Source: Octopus bimaculoides (lineage: Eukaryota). From it: DNA of 45,913 nucleotides. Location: NCBI RefSeq assembly GCF_001194135.2, contig NC_068988.1:47737111-47783023 (forward strand). The letters run 5' to 3'. Below the pieces are notes generated by a model. The model was not told where the DNA came from. It saw nothing but the letters and a program-made list of their open reading frames with translations, and made no database searches. Every line of letters begins with the position of its first letter. Position 1 is the stretch's first letter. Below are positions 1 through 11,890 of this stretch, piece by piece. A program made the translations under genes and the position numbers.

Positions 1-97
1 TCTAATGGGGATGGCTTTCGTTTTCACAAGTCCCTCTTTTGTTTGGAGCTGTAGCACTGTCTGCCATTTGTTCATTGAGTGCTCTATGTATTTTATG

Positions 98-237
<140 letters not shown>

Positions 238-339
238 TTATTGACTTCAAATAAATAAAAACCTTGATGGAATTTGAGCTTAGAATACACGGAGTAAGAA
301 CTAATACTGTAAAACATTCCAGCTAACAATCTAACAACT

Positions 340-830
340 TTGTTAATTTACTACCACTGAGGGAATCACTAATATTTACAACTCCCACACTGTACGAGCT
401 GGTTAAAATTATAACATTCTAACATCCAATTTGAATCCAAAGGAGTTAACATTATTTAAACTCACCACCCTTCAATGCACACCTTCAAAAATCCTAGAAA
501 GGCTAATCCTTATCATTACAAATCCATACATTTTTTTCAATAAACCACAGCAAAATTCAAAACCATACATGGCTTCCTCAACCAAAGCTTCCCACATGCA
601 CAACTTTAACTATCATAGCTATCAGCAAAGATTTCAACACCATTTTCCACTACCTACTCACAAAAAAGAAAACAAAAACAATACCTAACATCACATTAAG
701 AAAAGACACCAAATATTGCCAAGCCAATGCCGTGTGACAGAACAATGCATCCAAAGAACTGCAATTTTATGAATGGCATGCTACATCTCACCCACTTTCT
801 TTAATCTATATTTACATGAATATCATAAAA
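340..830 (+). mobile_element. Degenerate non-LTR retrotransposon reverse-transcriptase fragment
   Basis: Frame-shifted translation gives NPKELTLFKLTTLQCTPSKILERLIL (cf. RPISLLCTxSKILERLI), ISKDFNTIFHYLLTKK (cf. domain 3 SKAFDTVxH) and NG...FNLYLHE (cf. NGVPQGSVLSPTLFNLY), in the expected order. Confidence 0.75.
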
Positions 831-1208
831 AAACTTCCATGAAAAATATAGGCAGCTTCATATATTTCTTCTTACTTAAATCAACTAGTAACTTGGTTCC
901 TCAACAACAGATATAAAGTAGCAACTACCAAATCTACTGTTTTCATTTGTACCATTGACGTTAGAGAACAGTGACTAACAATGAGCTGTCACACTCAACA
1001 GCATAAACAATCAGTGCACACAGAAGACTAAAATATTAAAAATTACTATGACTACTACTGCTGCTGCCATTATTAAAATGACATGCATATATAAGTAGAT
1101 CAATCAGTTACAGTATTTGGTGAACAAATAAAACAACAGCAATGGTGTACTAATATTACTGTGCCAGTTCTGTCTGGTCTCAGAATCATTCTACATTTCA
1201 TTTTAAAC

Positions 1209-1920
1209 CTGTTGTTGCCAACCTGGGGTCTGTGGACACTTGGGGGTTCACAAAGGTAGTACTGGGAAGCGGGGTCTGTGAACTAAATTGAAAATTTCAT
1301 ATAGGATAAGCTTATATAGGATAAGCATATTAAAAGGGGGCCATGGGAAAAGTCATTTAAGTAAGAGTTGGGAACTCTGCGAAAAGGTTGGGGAAGCTGC
1401 AAAAAGGTTGGAAACTGCAAAAAGGTTGGGAACCACTGTAAAAAGGTTGGGAACCATTGCAAAAAGGTTAGGAGCCGCTGCAAAAAGGTTGGGAACTGCT
1501 ACAAAAATGTTGGGAACCACTGCGAAAAGGTTGGGAACTGCTGCTGAAAGGTTGGGAACCACTGTGAAAAGGTAGGGAATCACTGTGAAAAGGTTAGGGA
1601 CCACTGCGTAGAGGTTAGGAACCACTGCAGAAGGTTGGGGACCACTGCGTGAAGGTTGGGAACCATTGGAAAAAGGTTAGGAGCCACTGTGAAAAGGTTG
1701 TGAATCACTGTGAAAAGGTTGGGAACCACTGCGGAAAGGTTGGGAACCACTGTGAAAAGGTTGGGAACCATTGTGAAAAGATTGGGAACCGCTGCGGAAA
1801 GGTTGGGAATCACTGTGAAAAGGTTATGAGCCGCTGCAAAAAGCTTGGGAACTGCTGCAAAAAGGTTGGGAATCACTGCAAAAAGGTTGAGAATCACTGT
1901 ACAATAGTTGGGAACCACTG
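1209..1920. mobile_element. Non-autonomous hAT-type element (MITE) with 8-bp TSD
   Basis: The left end CTGTTGTTGCCAACC (1209-1223) is 12/15 identical to the reverse complement of the right end GGTTGGGAACCACTG consensus. Identical TTTTAAAC flanks lie at 1201-1208 and 1921-1928. An 8-bp TSD with central TA and CAG-type TIRs are hAT hallmarks. Confidence 0.8.
1363..1920. repeat. 21-bp minisatellite, ~27 units, consensus (G/A)AAAAGGTTGGGAACCACTG(C/T)
   Basis: Units counted by eye. The array explains the heptapeptide-repeat ORFs (AKRLGTT, CEKVGNH, VVPNLFT). Confidence 0.97.
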
Positions 1921-2394
1921 TTTTAAACTAGAGAGAATAGAAAACAGCTCACTTTGCATTATAACTGTATGCAAACCACAGCCACAGGATGATAGGCAAA
2001 GGTGACTTTGGCAAGATTTAAACACAGTACATAAAGATGGACAAAGTGCCACTAAACATTCTGCTTGGCATGCTAATGATTCTTCCAGCTCACCAACCTA
2101 CCTAATAATAATAGTAATGAGTGCAAAGGAACAGCAATTGTTGTGCCCTGAGTGGGTTCACTTTGGTCATCTCTGGGGTAGGCAATACCTGAATCAATGA
2201 CTAAACTGAAGCCAACTAGACACTGAAAGAAGACAAGCAATATTTCCACTCAATTATTTACGACATGTTAAAGTGTACAGTATTGCCCTTAGATTGGTAG
2301 AGACATAGTTTTCTTTTTATAAAATGTTTATGTGAGACCTATCTTTGTCATTTGGGCAACTGAACAATGACAACAGTATTACCATCATGACTAG

Positions 2395-2865
2395 ACTACC
2401 ATATCTGTCATCACCACCAAAATCAGCACCACCATCATCAACACCACCACCACCCATCATTGTCCCAACCATCAAGGCTGTTCTTACTAACACCAACATC
2501 AGCCACCACCACCACCACCACCAACTTCACATTGACAACATCCTCACCATCACCTCATTCATCGTGGTCATCGTCGTTGTCATCGTCATCATCATCATAC
2601 TACCATCCCACCATCAACACCAGCATCAGCATTACTATCAGCAGTATCATTGATATTACCTCCACTATTGTCACCACCACCACTACTACAATTAACACAA
2701 TCGCCACAAACCCTTACCATAATCCTAACCACCACAGCAATTACCATAATCACCACTACCACTACCGCCATCACCACTACTGTCATTGTCAACATTGTCA
2801 CCATTCGCATAGCCATCATCATCATCATCATCACCATCACCGTCACTGTCACACTGTCACTATGC
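2395..2865. repeat. Degenerate (CAC/CAT)n low-complexity tract
   Basis: Interrupted CAC/CAT/ACT triplets. It explains the His/Thr/Val-rich ORFs. Confidence 0.9.
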
Positions 2866-2962
2866 ACCTTTAGTTATTGGTATTGGCACCCATCATCAGA
2901 TTCAACTATTCTCACTTTTTTTCTGTACTCAAATTCTCTTTTAATTTTTTCTTTTCTTTCCT

Positions 2963-2992
2963 TTTATTATTATTATTATTATTATCATTATT

Positions 2993-3089
<97 letters not shown>

Positions 3090-3170
3090 TTATTATTATT
3101 ATTATTATCATTATTATTATCATTATTGTTATCATTATTATTATTATTATTACTATTATTATTATTATTC
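2963..3170. repeat. (TTA)n microsatellite
   Basis: Read directly. It ends just before an assembly gap. Confidence 0.97.
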
Positions 3171-3537
3171 CTCATCTCATTTTTGAAANNNNNNNNNNNN
3201 NNNNNNNNNNNNNNNNNNNNNNNNNNNNNNNNNNNNNNNNNNNNNNNNNNNNNNNNNNNNNNNNNNNNNNNNNNNNNNNNNNNNNNNNNNNNNNNNNNNN
3301 NNNNNNNNNNNNNNNNNNNNNNNNNNNNNNNNNNNNNNNNNNNNNNNNNNNNNNNNNNNNNNNNNNNNNNNNNNNNNNNNNNNNNNNNNNNAAATCACTT
3401 ATTTTTTTTTTCCTTAAATTCTTCTCACTTTGCTTTTTGCATTTTTTTTTGTTCTTTATTTTTTTCCTGTGATTATTCTTTTTTATTTCCTTGTAAGAAA
3501 AGAAAAATGATGTCATTGTCCTTACTACATACATTCT

Positions 3538-3591
<54 letters not shown>

Positions 3592-3769
3592 AACACACAT
3601 GCATATACACACACACATTACTTCATGCACTCACCCACACATATAAATATATACCTTCATATATGCATAGCAATGCATACATGCAAACCTACCACATACT
3701 TCATAAATATATACATACATGCACATATTTGATGCATATATACTTTTATGCATTTATACATATATATAT

Positions 3770-3812
<43 letters not shown>

Positions 3813-3867
3813 CTTACATACATATATAAATGTGCATTTTAAATATACCTACACATGGGCATTTGCA

Positions 3868-4012
3868 CATTTCAATCATATAAACACATTCACATGTACA
3901 CATGCATATATACATACATTTCATTCATATAAACACATTCACATGTACACATACATATATGCATACATTTCATCCATATAAACACATTTATATGTACACA
4001 TGCATACATACA
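3868..4012. repeat. 49-bp tandem repeat, 3 copies
   Basis: CATTTCA(A/T)(T/C)CATATAAACACATT... starts at 3868, 3917 and 3966. Confidence 0.9.
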
Positions 4013-4399
4013 TACGTATAAAGATATACCTCAAATATACACTTAAACACACATACTCATATACATACCATTACACACACATTGACAACTTTAGAAGCTG
4101 ATAATGCTGACACTAAAGATTCCCCGTCATTGTTCTTTTTTTTATGTGTCTTAGCAGTGGAGAAGAAATTCTGGGTGTAATTTAGCAAGTAATCAGACTA
4201 ATGTAGTTTACTTTCTACATTCTTTTCTTACATTGTTTCATTTCATTGCATTCAGATTTTGGGTTCAAATTTCACTGGGGTGGAGTCAATAAGTACCAGT
4301 AATACATAAATGGGTATTAATCTGATTGTCTATGGCCTTAAACCCCAAATAGTTTGGTTCTTCTAAATTAGAATAATCTATAGGTGCCTTTTTACTTTA

Positions 4400-4790
4400 T
4401 TAGCCTTTAGGTGTTGTTGCTATTTGTCTATTGTTCTCTTTACTTGCTATATGACCATTTTAATTTTGCTTTTCATTTTGGGTTGCTTGTAACATTGGCT
4501 TTCTCTTCTTACCCTCTCTAGTTTAAACTTCCCCCTCATTCATTCCCCTCCTGTTCTAGACTTCTCAACTTCTCACACCACTTCTCTTTGGTTTTACCCC
4601 CACCTCACACGCTCACATTTATCCTTCAACTTCAATTCTTTTATCACTTATTTGCCACCAGTCCAAACAACAATGCTACTTACCTAATTTCCCTTCTTCA
4701 TTTTCAAACAAAGAGACAATGTCCAAGATGCTAGGTTCTTTACTTTTCACGAGAATTAAATTTATCAAACACTTCTTCAAATTGTCCTCT
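4400..4790 (+). mobile_element. Possible highly decayed Penelope-like retroelement RT C-terminal region
   Basis: Translation LVLPPPHTLTFILQ...SPNNNATYLISL...KRQCPRC resembles the PLE segment PLVLTYHP...DPTTKxIFP...FKRDKxLRDxLV. The match is weak and frameshifted. Confidence 0.35.
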
Positions 4791-6105
4791 GGACTAATAG
4801 TTGTTGATGCACATTATTACAGGTTTCACTAGATTTTGCATTTTAACCTATTCGACAACATTTGACCATATGTCTTACTTCAAAGAATTCCATATCTAAT
4901 CATCGTTCTCCATCAAGAACAGCATGTTAGAAAACACAAACAGTAAAGAATCTATCATTTAGCCAGGACAGCAAGTTAGAAAAACAAACATAGTTGAGAA
5001 CATAATTAAATACTTCACTGGTCTTTCGATTAGTACATCTTTAATCTAAGCTTGAATTCCTGATAGAAGAGGAAGCTGAGTTTACATTATATCATACCAA
5101 TCATTAGTAGAAATAAGCACCAATTATATACCAAGGTAGCTTTGCTCACCTGAATCTGCTTCCATATAAAATGTAGCATTGGTTTTTGTCAAAGAAATCC
5201 ATGACTGTGTAATGATGACTTGTTTCTGCCTGGCTTTACACATATTGTATTACTTGTATTTCATTAACTTTATAATTGAAACCTCGGTAACACATATCCC
5301 TGTTGGTTCCAACAGAAAACATTTACAGCTATACAACTGAGATAAACATGTTAATAAGAGCCAGAGACAATTTCATCAAATGCAACATATTGGTCATATA
5401 AGACAACAAAGGATCTTGTATGTGACAGCTCAACATGCAAGAAATACTAGCAAAGTGTTTCTCAAATCATACTCTAGTCTTAAAAAGAGGATGATGTAAT
5501 TCTAGTTTGTGTTCATTTAAAACATTTTTTATGGTCCACTTTTCACCACTTAATTGGTGTTGGTTTGTTTATTCCCAGTAACTAACATAGTGTTTCATTA
5601 AAAGAGACTTAAAAGCAATAAATAGAAGGGTTGATCTGTTCAGCTAAGCTCTACAAGGCAATGCCCCAGCATGCCTATAGTCTAATGACTGACACAACTG
5701 AAAGATAGATTTCATTTATGTCGAGGGATTTGTGTGGGCCATAGGGAGAGCTCCTATGGAAAAGGGAAGGTACACTGAGAACTGTATTTAGTCTTTGGTG
5801 CATTATCTACTATAATAATACTGTTGTGTTTTTCTCCATCATAACATATGAAAGAGAAAGGAAGGGGTGATGGCAAATGGCAAACTTGGTAGTGGGATGA
5901 TGGGAGTTCTACAGTGAAAAAAAAATCAAAGTGTTTCAACTCTGCATGAGTATTTGCGTGTGTATGTAAAAGGGAGTCATGTGAATGTGTGTGTGTGTGT
6001 GTGCGTGTGCGTGTGCGTTGTGCGTGTGTGTGTGCAATGGAAGTGGGATGGTGAACATTCAGCACTGAAAAGAAAAATCAAACAGTGTTTCAACTCTGTG
6101 TGAGT

Positions 6106-6228
<123 letters not shown>

Positions 6229-7407
6229 CGTGCATGTTCAAGGGAAATATGTGAATGTTTGTATCCGTGATTATTATCTACCTTATTTTTTACCTTATTT
6301 ATATATAAAATTCTCCAATTAGCCATCATTTTTGAAGGCACATGGCCAGCTAGTGTATAAATAAAAGAGAATGGTCAGAGCTGGACATTCTTAGACATAG
6401 ATCAAGATTTATTTGTTTCTTAATAAAAGCATAAACATCCACGTTCAATATATGCATACATATTCACAAGCAAACATGAGAACCTCTACACTGTGATTCA
6501 CCATGCTAGAAACAGAAACAAAACTTTTGAAATTATATACTGCTGTTTCTAAAATTTGACAAAAATATAACTAAAAGAGAAACATATATAAGATAATATT
6601 GTCCTGGAGACTTCATTATTATAACCAAGACAGGACAGCCATGAATGGAATATTTCTGATCATGGGCCTACTGGATAAGTTTTGATCTGGGGCTGAAGAA
6701 CAATAGCAACAATTATAACAATGCATGCTACTTATTTTTATTTATTTATTTATTTTTTTTTTTTTATGGAAGACTGCTTTATAAACCATTAGAAACCATA
6801 TTTTATCCAATTTATTGCAGACTAAATTTAGAATATTGTTGTTATTTATAAATCCATAAATCTCACACTTCCTTCCTATAATGGATAAAATGAAACAAAA
6901 AAGAAATGAAAGATAAATAAGAAAAATACAACAGACTCTCCTTCTATATATCTTACCCTGTCTTCGTATATATTTCTCTAAATTCTCTCTACCTCTCTCT
7001 CTCTCCTGTTTTCATTTGCTTAAAACTAACTTCCCAACATGATTAATCCTTTTCCACTAATTCTAAAGAATTTCTATAAATAAAAATGGAAAATTAGGAA
7101 CCAATCTTATATTTCTAAGGGCCATTCTGTGACTTTGACAGTTTTATATAATTTTTCAAAAATACCATACTTTTTCTTGGAATGCTGAAAAATTAATAAA
7201 TGTTGGTTTCTTACTTTCTTTTCTTGTTTGTCTGTCTGTTAGTCTGTTTTGTTCTTGTATATGTTCATATTGATTGCAATGAACTGGGTTAATGGACTCT
7301 TCAAAATACAGTTAAATTTAGATCGAATTCACTTTATAATTCTCAGTTCTCTTCTCTCCTTATCTCCCACTTTCTTTATTTTGTTCCTCATATATTCTTT
7401 CACTGTT

Positions 7408-7476
<69 letters not shown>

Positions 7477-7490
7477 ATCTATCTCTCCTC
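7408..7490. repeat. (CT)n microsatellite within a pyrimidine-rich tract
   Basis: Read directly. Confidence 0.95.
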
Positions 7491-10400
7491 TCTTTTTTTC
7501 TCTCTCCCTATGTCTATATGTCTGTTCTTGTTTAACACTACATGTTTTTTCTTTCTTTCTTTAACTGTCTGCCTGTCTCTCTTTCTCTCCTTCTGTCTGT
7601 TTTTTCCATGCTACAAGTTTTTTTTTTCCCATTCCCTGTCTCTGCTTTCTTGTGTATATATCTCTTTCCCCTCTCTCAAACATATGTCAATTATTCCTCC
7701 TTTCCCACTCTCTTTATCTCTCTGTCTCCTTATCTAACAATCTATAGGTGTCTTTCATCACTAAATCTATCCATTCATCTCTTTACATTTATGTCATTTG
7801 ACCTCTCAGTGCATCATCATCACACACTTTTTCTTAATAAAATATGCATGTGAAAGTGTGTGTATGCCTGTGTGTGTATGAGTGCTTTTTTGCATACACC
7901 TATATGTACATATAGGTGTGTTTAGTGACCATTATACAACAGGTGACATTTTAATCATTCACCATTTTACCATTTTTTATTGGATCAATGTGTAAGCAAT
8001 ATTCTCAGTCATTTGGCTACGTAATGAAACTCAAAAAATTCTTAACATGGAATTTAAGGCAATTTCTTTCAGTTCTTCTTGCCTTGCATTTACAAGACAG
8101 AAGCACCTGTCTCCTTTACTCTCTTTGCATAAAAAATAAACTTGAATACAAGAACGTATGCCTAACATCGTTTTTACAACTTATGGGTTACATATAGATT
8201 TTACAATCACATTCTTACTCCATCTCTGCTGCACATTATATGCAAACGTTGCCTCTGTTGAAACTTATTCTTTTTCTCAACATGCACTAATTTAAACCTT
8301 TATTTCATAACCTTTGGAAGAATCTCATGTTGTGGAACTACTTTGAATTAAAGTATAGGTTGTACTGTGGTAAACAGTAAATAAAGAAAAGCTGTTATAT
8401 TTAATTTATTATTGAGATCTTTGGAATTTTATTTTCTGTTGATGACACCAATGTGATTGGACATCAGATATATATATACACTTTACTGTTGTCAGCTCTC
8501 TCACTATTATCTTTTTATATTGGTGACACATGAATAAATAGTGCAGTAAATATTTATAGGTGCCTTTTGATATATTTTGACAACATACAGTTAAAATGCA
8601 TCAATATTATTTTCATTTCCCTATACCTGTGGCCTCTATTTTCAGTCAAACCAATCTGTTTGTAACAAAATCTACATAATTTTCTGAATTTGTGCTCAAA
8701 CACTGCTGTCACCACTCTGACATATGAATCTAGATACAACTTCTGAATACCATCAGATACCATTATATTCAAAAGTGGGTAGTTCAGCAGTGATACAACA
8801 GTGCCATGATGTTCTCAAAGCTTACTCATTTCAGTGGAAACTCATAGTTCACATGGTTATGTCATCGAATAATAAAAACAAGAACCATTTTTCTTAGTTG
8901 CCTGTAGCTTTCACAATACAAATCTTTCTACAATAAACTATTTCTTTTACCTTGAGCTTCATAATTAATTAAAATACCTGGGGGATCAGGGACATACACC
9001 AAATATGCATGTTAGCAAAAGTGTTAATTCTGTTGCACATTCTCATTCTACATTTTCACTGGAACGAGAGCACATACTGTACTGACCTCCAACTGACTCA
9101 GTTGTATGAAAGAACACACTATGCATACTTTTTACATACTCACTTGTACAAAAGTACAATATTGCAGAGCTAATTTGCAAGAAGCACATCCTATATATTC
9201 ACCTCAAACATTCACTCGTACAAAAGTACACATCACCTTTTGAACAGTTAACCTTGCTAAACGTTATCTGTAGGGTGCTAAGAATATAACTTTGTGCTTG
9301 GAACATGTTGAATATGATAAGAAAAGCACTAAAGGTAAGATGACCTATGCCCTCCAGCTATGTAGCCCACCAACACCATTAGTAAGGGAAATGAAGATAT
9401 AACATAATTTGGTTTATACTTTCTCACCCAATGCAAAAACAAATACAACTAAAAACTTTTTTAACATAGGTTCGCTTGAACAGTACACTGGAGGACATCA
9501 TTTGCATTTGTAATTAGCAATTGTAATTGGAATGTCTCTCTCAGTTCTTTAGTCATATTATCTACTGCATAGTGTATTCCTGTTAGCATGTTTGTACGTC
9601 AATCTCTTTTCAATACCATTTCTGTTTTGAAGCTTATTGATTGCATCCCTCCCAATAAAATTGACTTTAAATTGCTGGGAAAGCAATGATTTAGAATGCT
9701 TTCTTGCGTTTGTAAGAGAAAACTATTGTACTGATTACCCTGCCAAAGAAGGTAACATTTTACATATACACTGTGTCTTTTTAGTGGCTTTATTGGATCA
9801 ATTAGACAATAGTAATTTCTCTGTCATTTTGTTATATAAAGTGGAGCTTAAAAGAAATTTGCTCTTGCTTATTTTTGCCTAACCATGATAGAGATAGCAG
9901 CAAGCCTCCTGTTTGTTCTCTTTCCAAGCAGAACAAAGTGAAAACAATATCAGAGATCGGAATTAGGGTGACTAAAATATTAGAAGTGGAGACTACTGAT
10001 CAAGTATCACATTTCCACTAATAACCATACTCTCTTACACCTGATGACATTGCTTAAATTCTGTATTATTTTGAAAGATCTCTTTGCATTATGCATTAAT
10101 GCAGACATGTAAGTAATTTGCTTATTACTAAATACAATAATATAAATTATTTACATGTTCTTAAGTTGCGAAACAATTTGTTGTGATATTTGAATTTTCT
10201 TACTGTTAAATAAAATTTCTCTGTTATTTATGACTTTATATATATATATATATATNNNNNNNNNNNNNNNNNNNNNNNNNNNNNNNNNNNNNNNNNNNNN
10301 NNNNNNNNNNNNNNNNNNNNNNNNNNNNNNNNNNNNNNNNNNNNNNNNNNNNNNNNNNNNNNNNNNNNNNNNNNNNNNNNNNNNNNNNNNNNNNNNNNNN

Positions 10401-10630
10401 NNNNNNNNNNNNNNNNNNNNNNNNNNNNNNNNNNNNNNNNNNNNNNNNNNNNNNNNNNNNNNNNNNNNNNNNNNNNNNNNNNNNNNNNNNNNNNNNNNNN
10501 NNNNNNNNNNNNNNNNNNNNNNNNNNNNNNNNNNNNNNNNNNNNNNNNNNNNNNNNNNNNNNNNNNNNNNNNNNNNNNNNNNNNNNNNNNNNNNTATATA
10601 TATATATGTATACATGTATATATATATCTA

Positions 10631-10690
<60 letters not shown>

Positions 10691-10695
<5 letters not shown>

Positions 10696-11066
10696 CTCCA
10701 TCGGTTGCAACGACGAGGGTTCCAGTCGATCCAATCAACGGAACAGCCTGTTCATGAAATTAACGTGGAATTGGCTGAGCACTCCACAAACACGTGTACC
10801 TTTAACGTAGTTCTCAGGGAGATTCAGCGTGACACTGTGACAAGGTTGGCCCTTTGAAATACAGGTACAACAGAAACAGGAAGAAAGAGTGAGAGAAAAT
10901 TGTGGTGAAAGATACAGCAGGGTTTGCCACCATCCTCTGCTGGAGCCTTGTGGAGCTTTGGGTATTTTTGTTCAATAAACACTCACAACACTCGGTCTGG
11001 GAATCGACACCGCGATCCCATGACCGCGAGTTCACTGCCCTAACCACTGGACCATTGTGCCTCCAC
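10691..11066 (-). mobile_element. tRNA-derived SINE, near full length, relatively young
   Basis: The minus strand begins GTGGAGGCACAATGGTCCAGTGGTTAGGGCAG (A-box-like) and then GGTGTCGATTCCC (B-box-like). Many CpGs are retained and both flanks are (TA)n. I recognise the family from octopus genomes. Confidence 0.85.
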
Positions 11067-11479
11067 TATATATGTGTGTATGTGTGTGTATGTGTATCCA
11101 CATAATGTATAGCGAATGTTTATATATATATATATTTATAGATAGATAGATAGATATATACATATGCATATGTATGTGTAAAATCTTCTGTTCTATTTAT
11201 TAACTCTCTATTATTTCTTATAGAAAGCAATTAAAAATGTAGCCAACAGTTAACTAGTGCAATTGAATATGAATTAATCAAAGAATTCTAATTTGTAAAG
11301 CAAAAAAGACTTGAAGTATTCACATAAATATTTGGTAATTAAACTCATGTGATATTCTCCAAAATAAATCTAAGCTTCCAGACATCTAGAAGTTACACTA
11401 ATACAGGTTTGCTAATAAAATAACACTGTTTATTTCCAAGAAGTGAAAAAATAAAAAATAAAACACCTTTTGCTGTACT

Positions 11480-11838
11480 AGTCATGATCATAAAATTAAG
11501 ATTAATAATAATGTCAGTAGTAATAGTAGTAGTAGTAGTAGTAGTAGTAGTTAACAATCATAACAAGGAAGATGATGGTGATGATGGTAATGATGATGAC
11601 AACAATGAAGATGATGACGGCAACAACAACAATGAAGTGGAGGAGGGGAGGAGGAAGAGGAAGAGGAGAGGAGGATAGCAATAATGACAATAATGATTAT
11701 GAAGATAAAATGTAATGATATTGGAATTAATAATAGTATTGATAAGTGTAATACAAATGATACTGACGGTGATAATAAGAATAATATAAATACTATTAAT
11801 CAGCTAGAAAAATTATCTGGGTGTAAGGAAGAATCTGA

Positions 11839-11886
<48 letters not shown>

Positions 11887-11890
11887 CAAA
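11480..11890. repeat. Compound (AGT)n/(GAT)n/(GAG)n/(AAT)n low-complexity tract
   Basis: Read directly. Confidence 0.9.

Noticed and set aside
1363-1920. CRISPR-like array
   Set aside because: The units are contiguous with no unique spacers, the context is eukaryotic and there are no cas genes.
1283-2005. Heptapeptide-repeat ORFs (AKRLGTT / CEKVGNH / VVPNLFT) as a repeat protein
   Set aside because: All frames are by-products of the 21-bp TIR-derived array. The register shifts frame mid-array and there are no flanking coding features.
5150-5330. Minus-strand exon candidate ending FYMEADS-G|GTGAG, and a 34-nt candidate near 2190-2223 (CLVGFSLVIDS-G)
   Set aside because: The first has no convincing acceptor and an in-frame stop upstream. 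Neither peptide resembles a protein I recognise.
7980-8830. Possible decayed hAT (DUF659-type) transposase on the minus strand
   Set aside because: Only vague similarity (KQIGLTEN, ICKPIS, AYTL), which cannot be supported without an HMM search.
10990-11066. tRNA gene
   Set aside because: The A/B-box-like motifs belong to a SINE head that continues into a SINE body, and no full cloverleaf was found.
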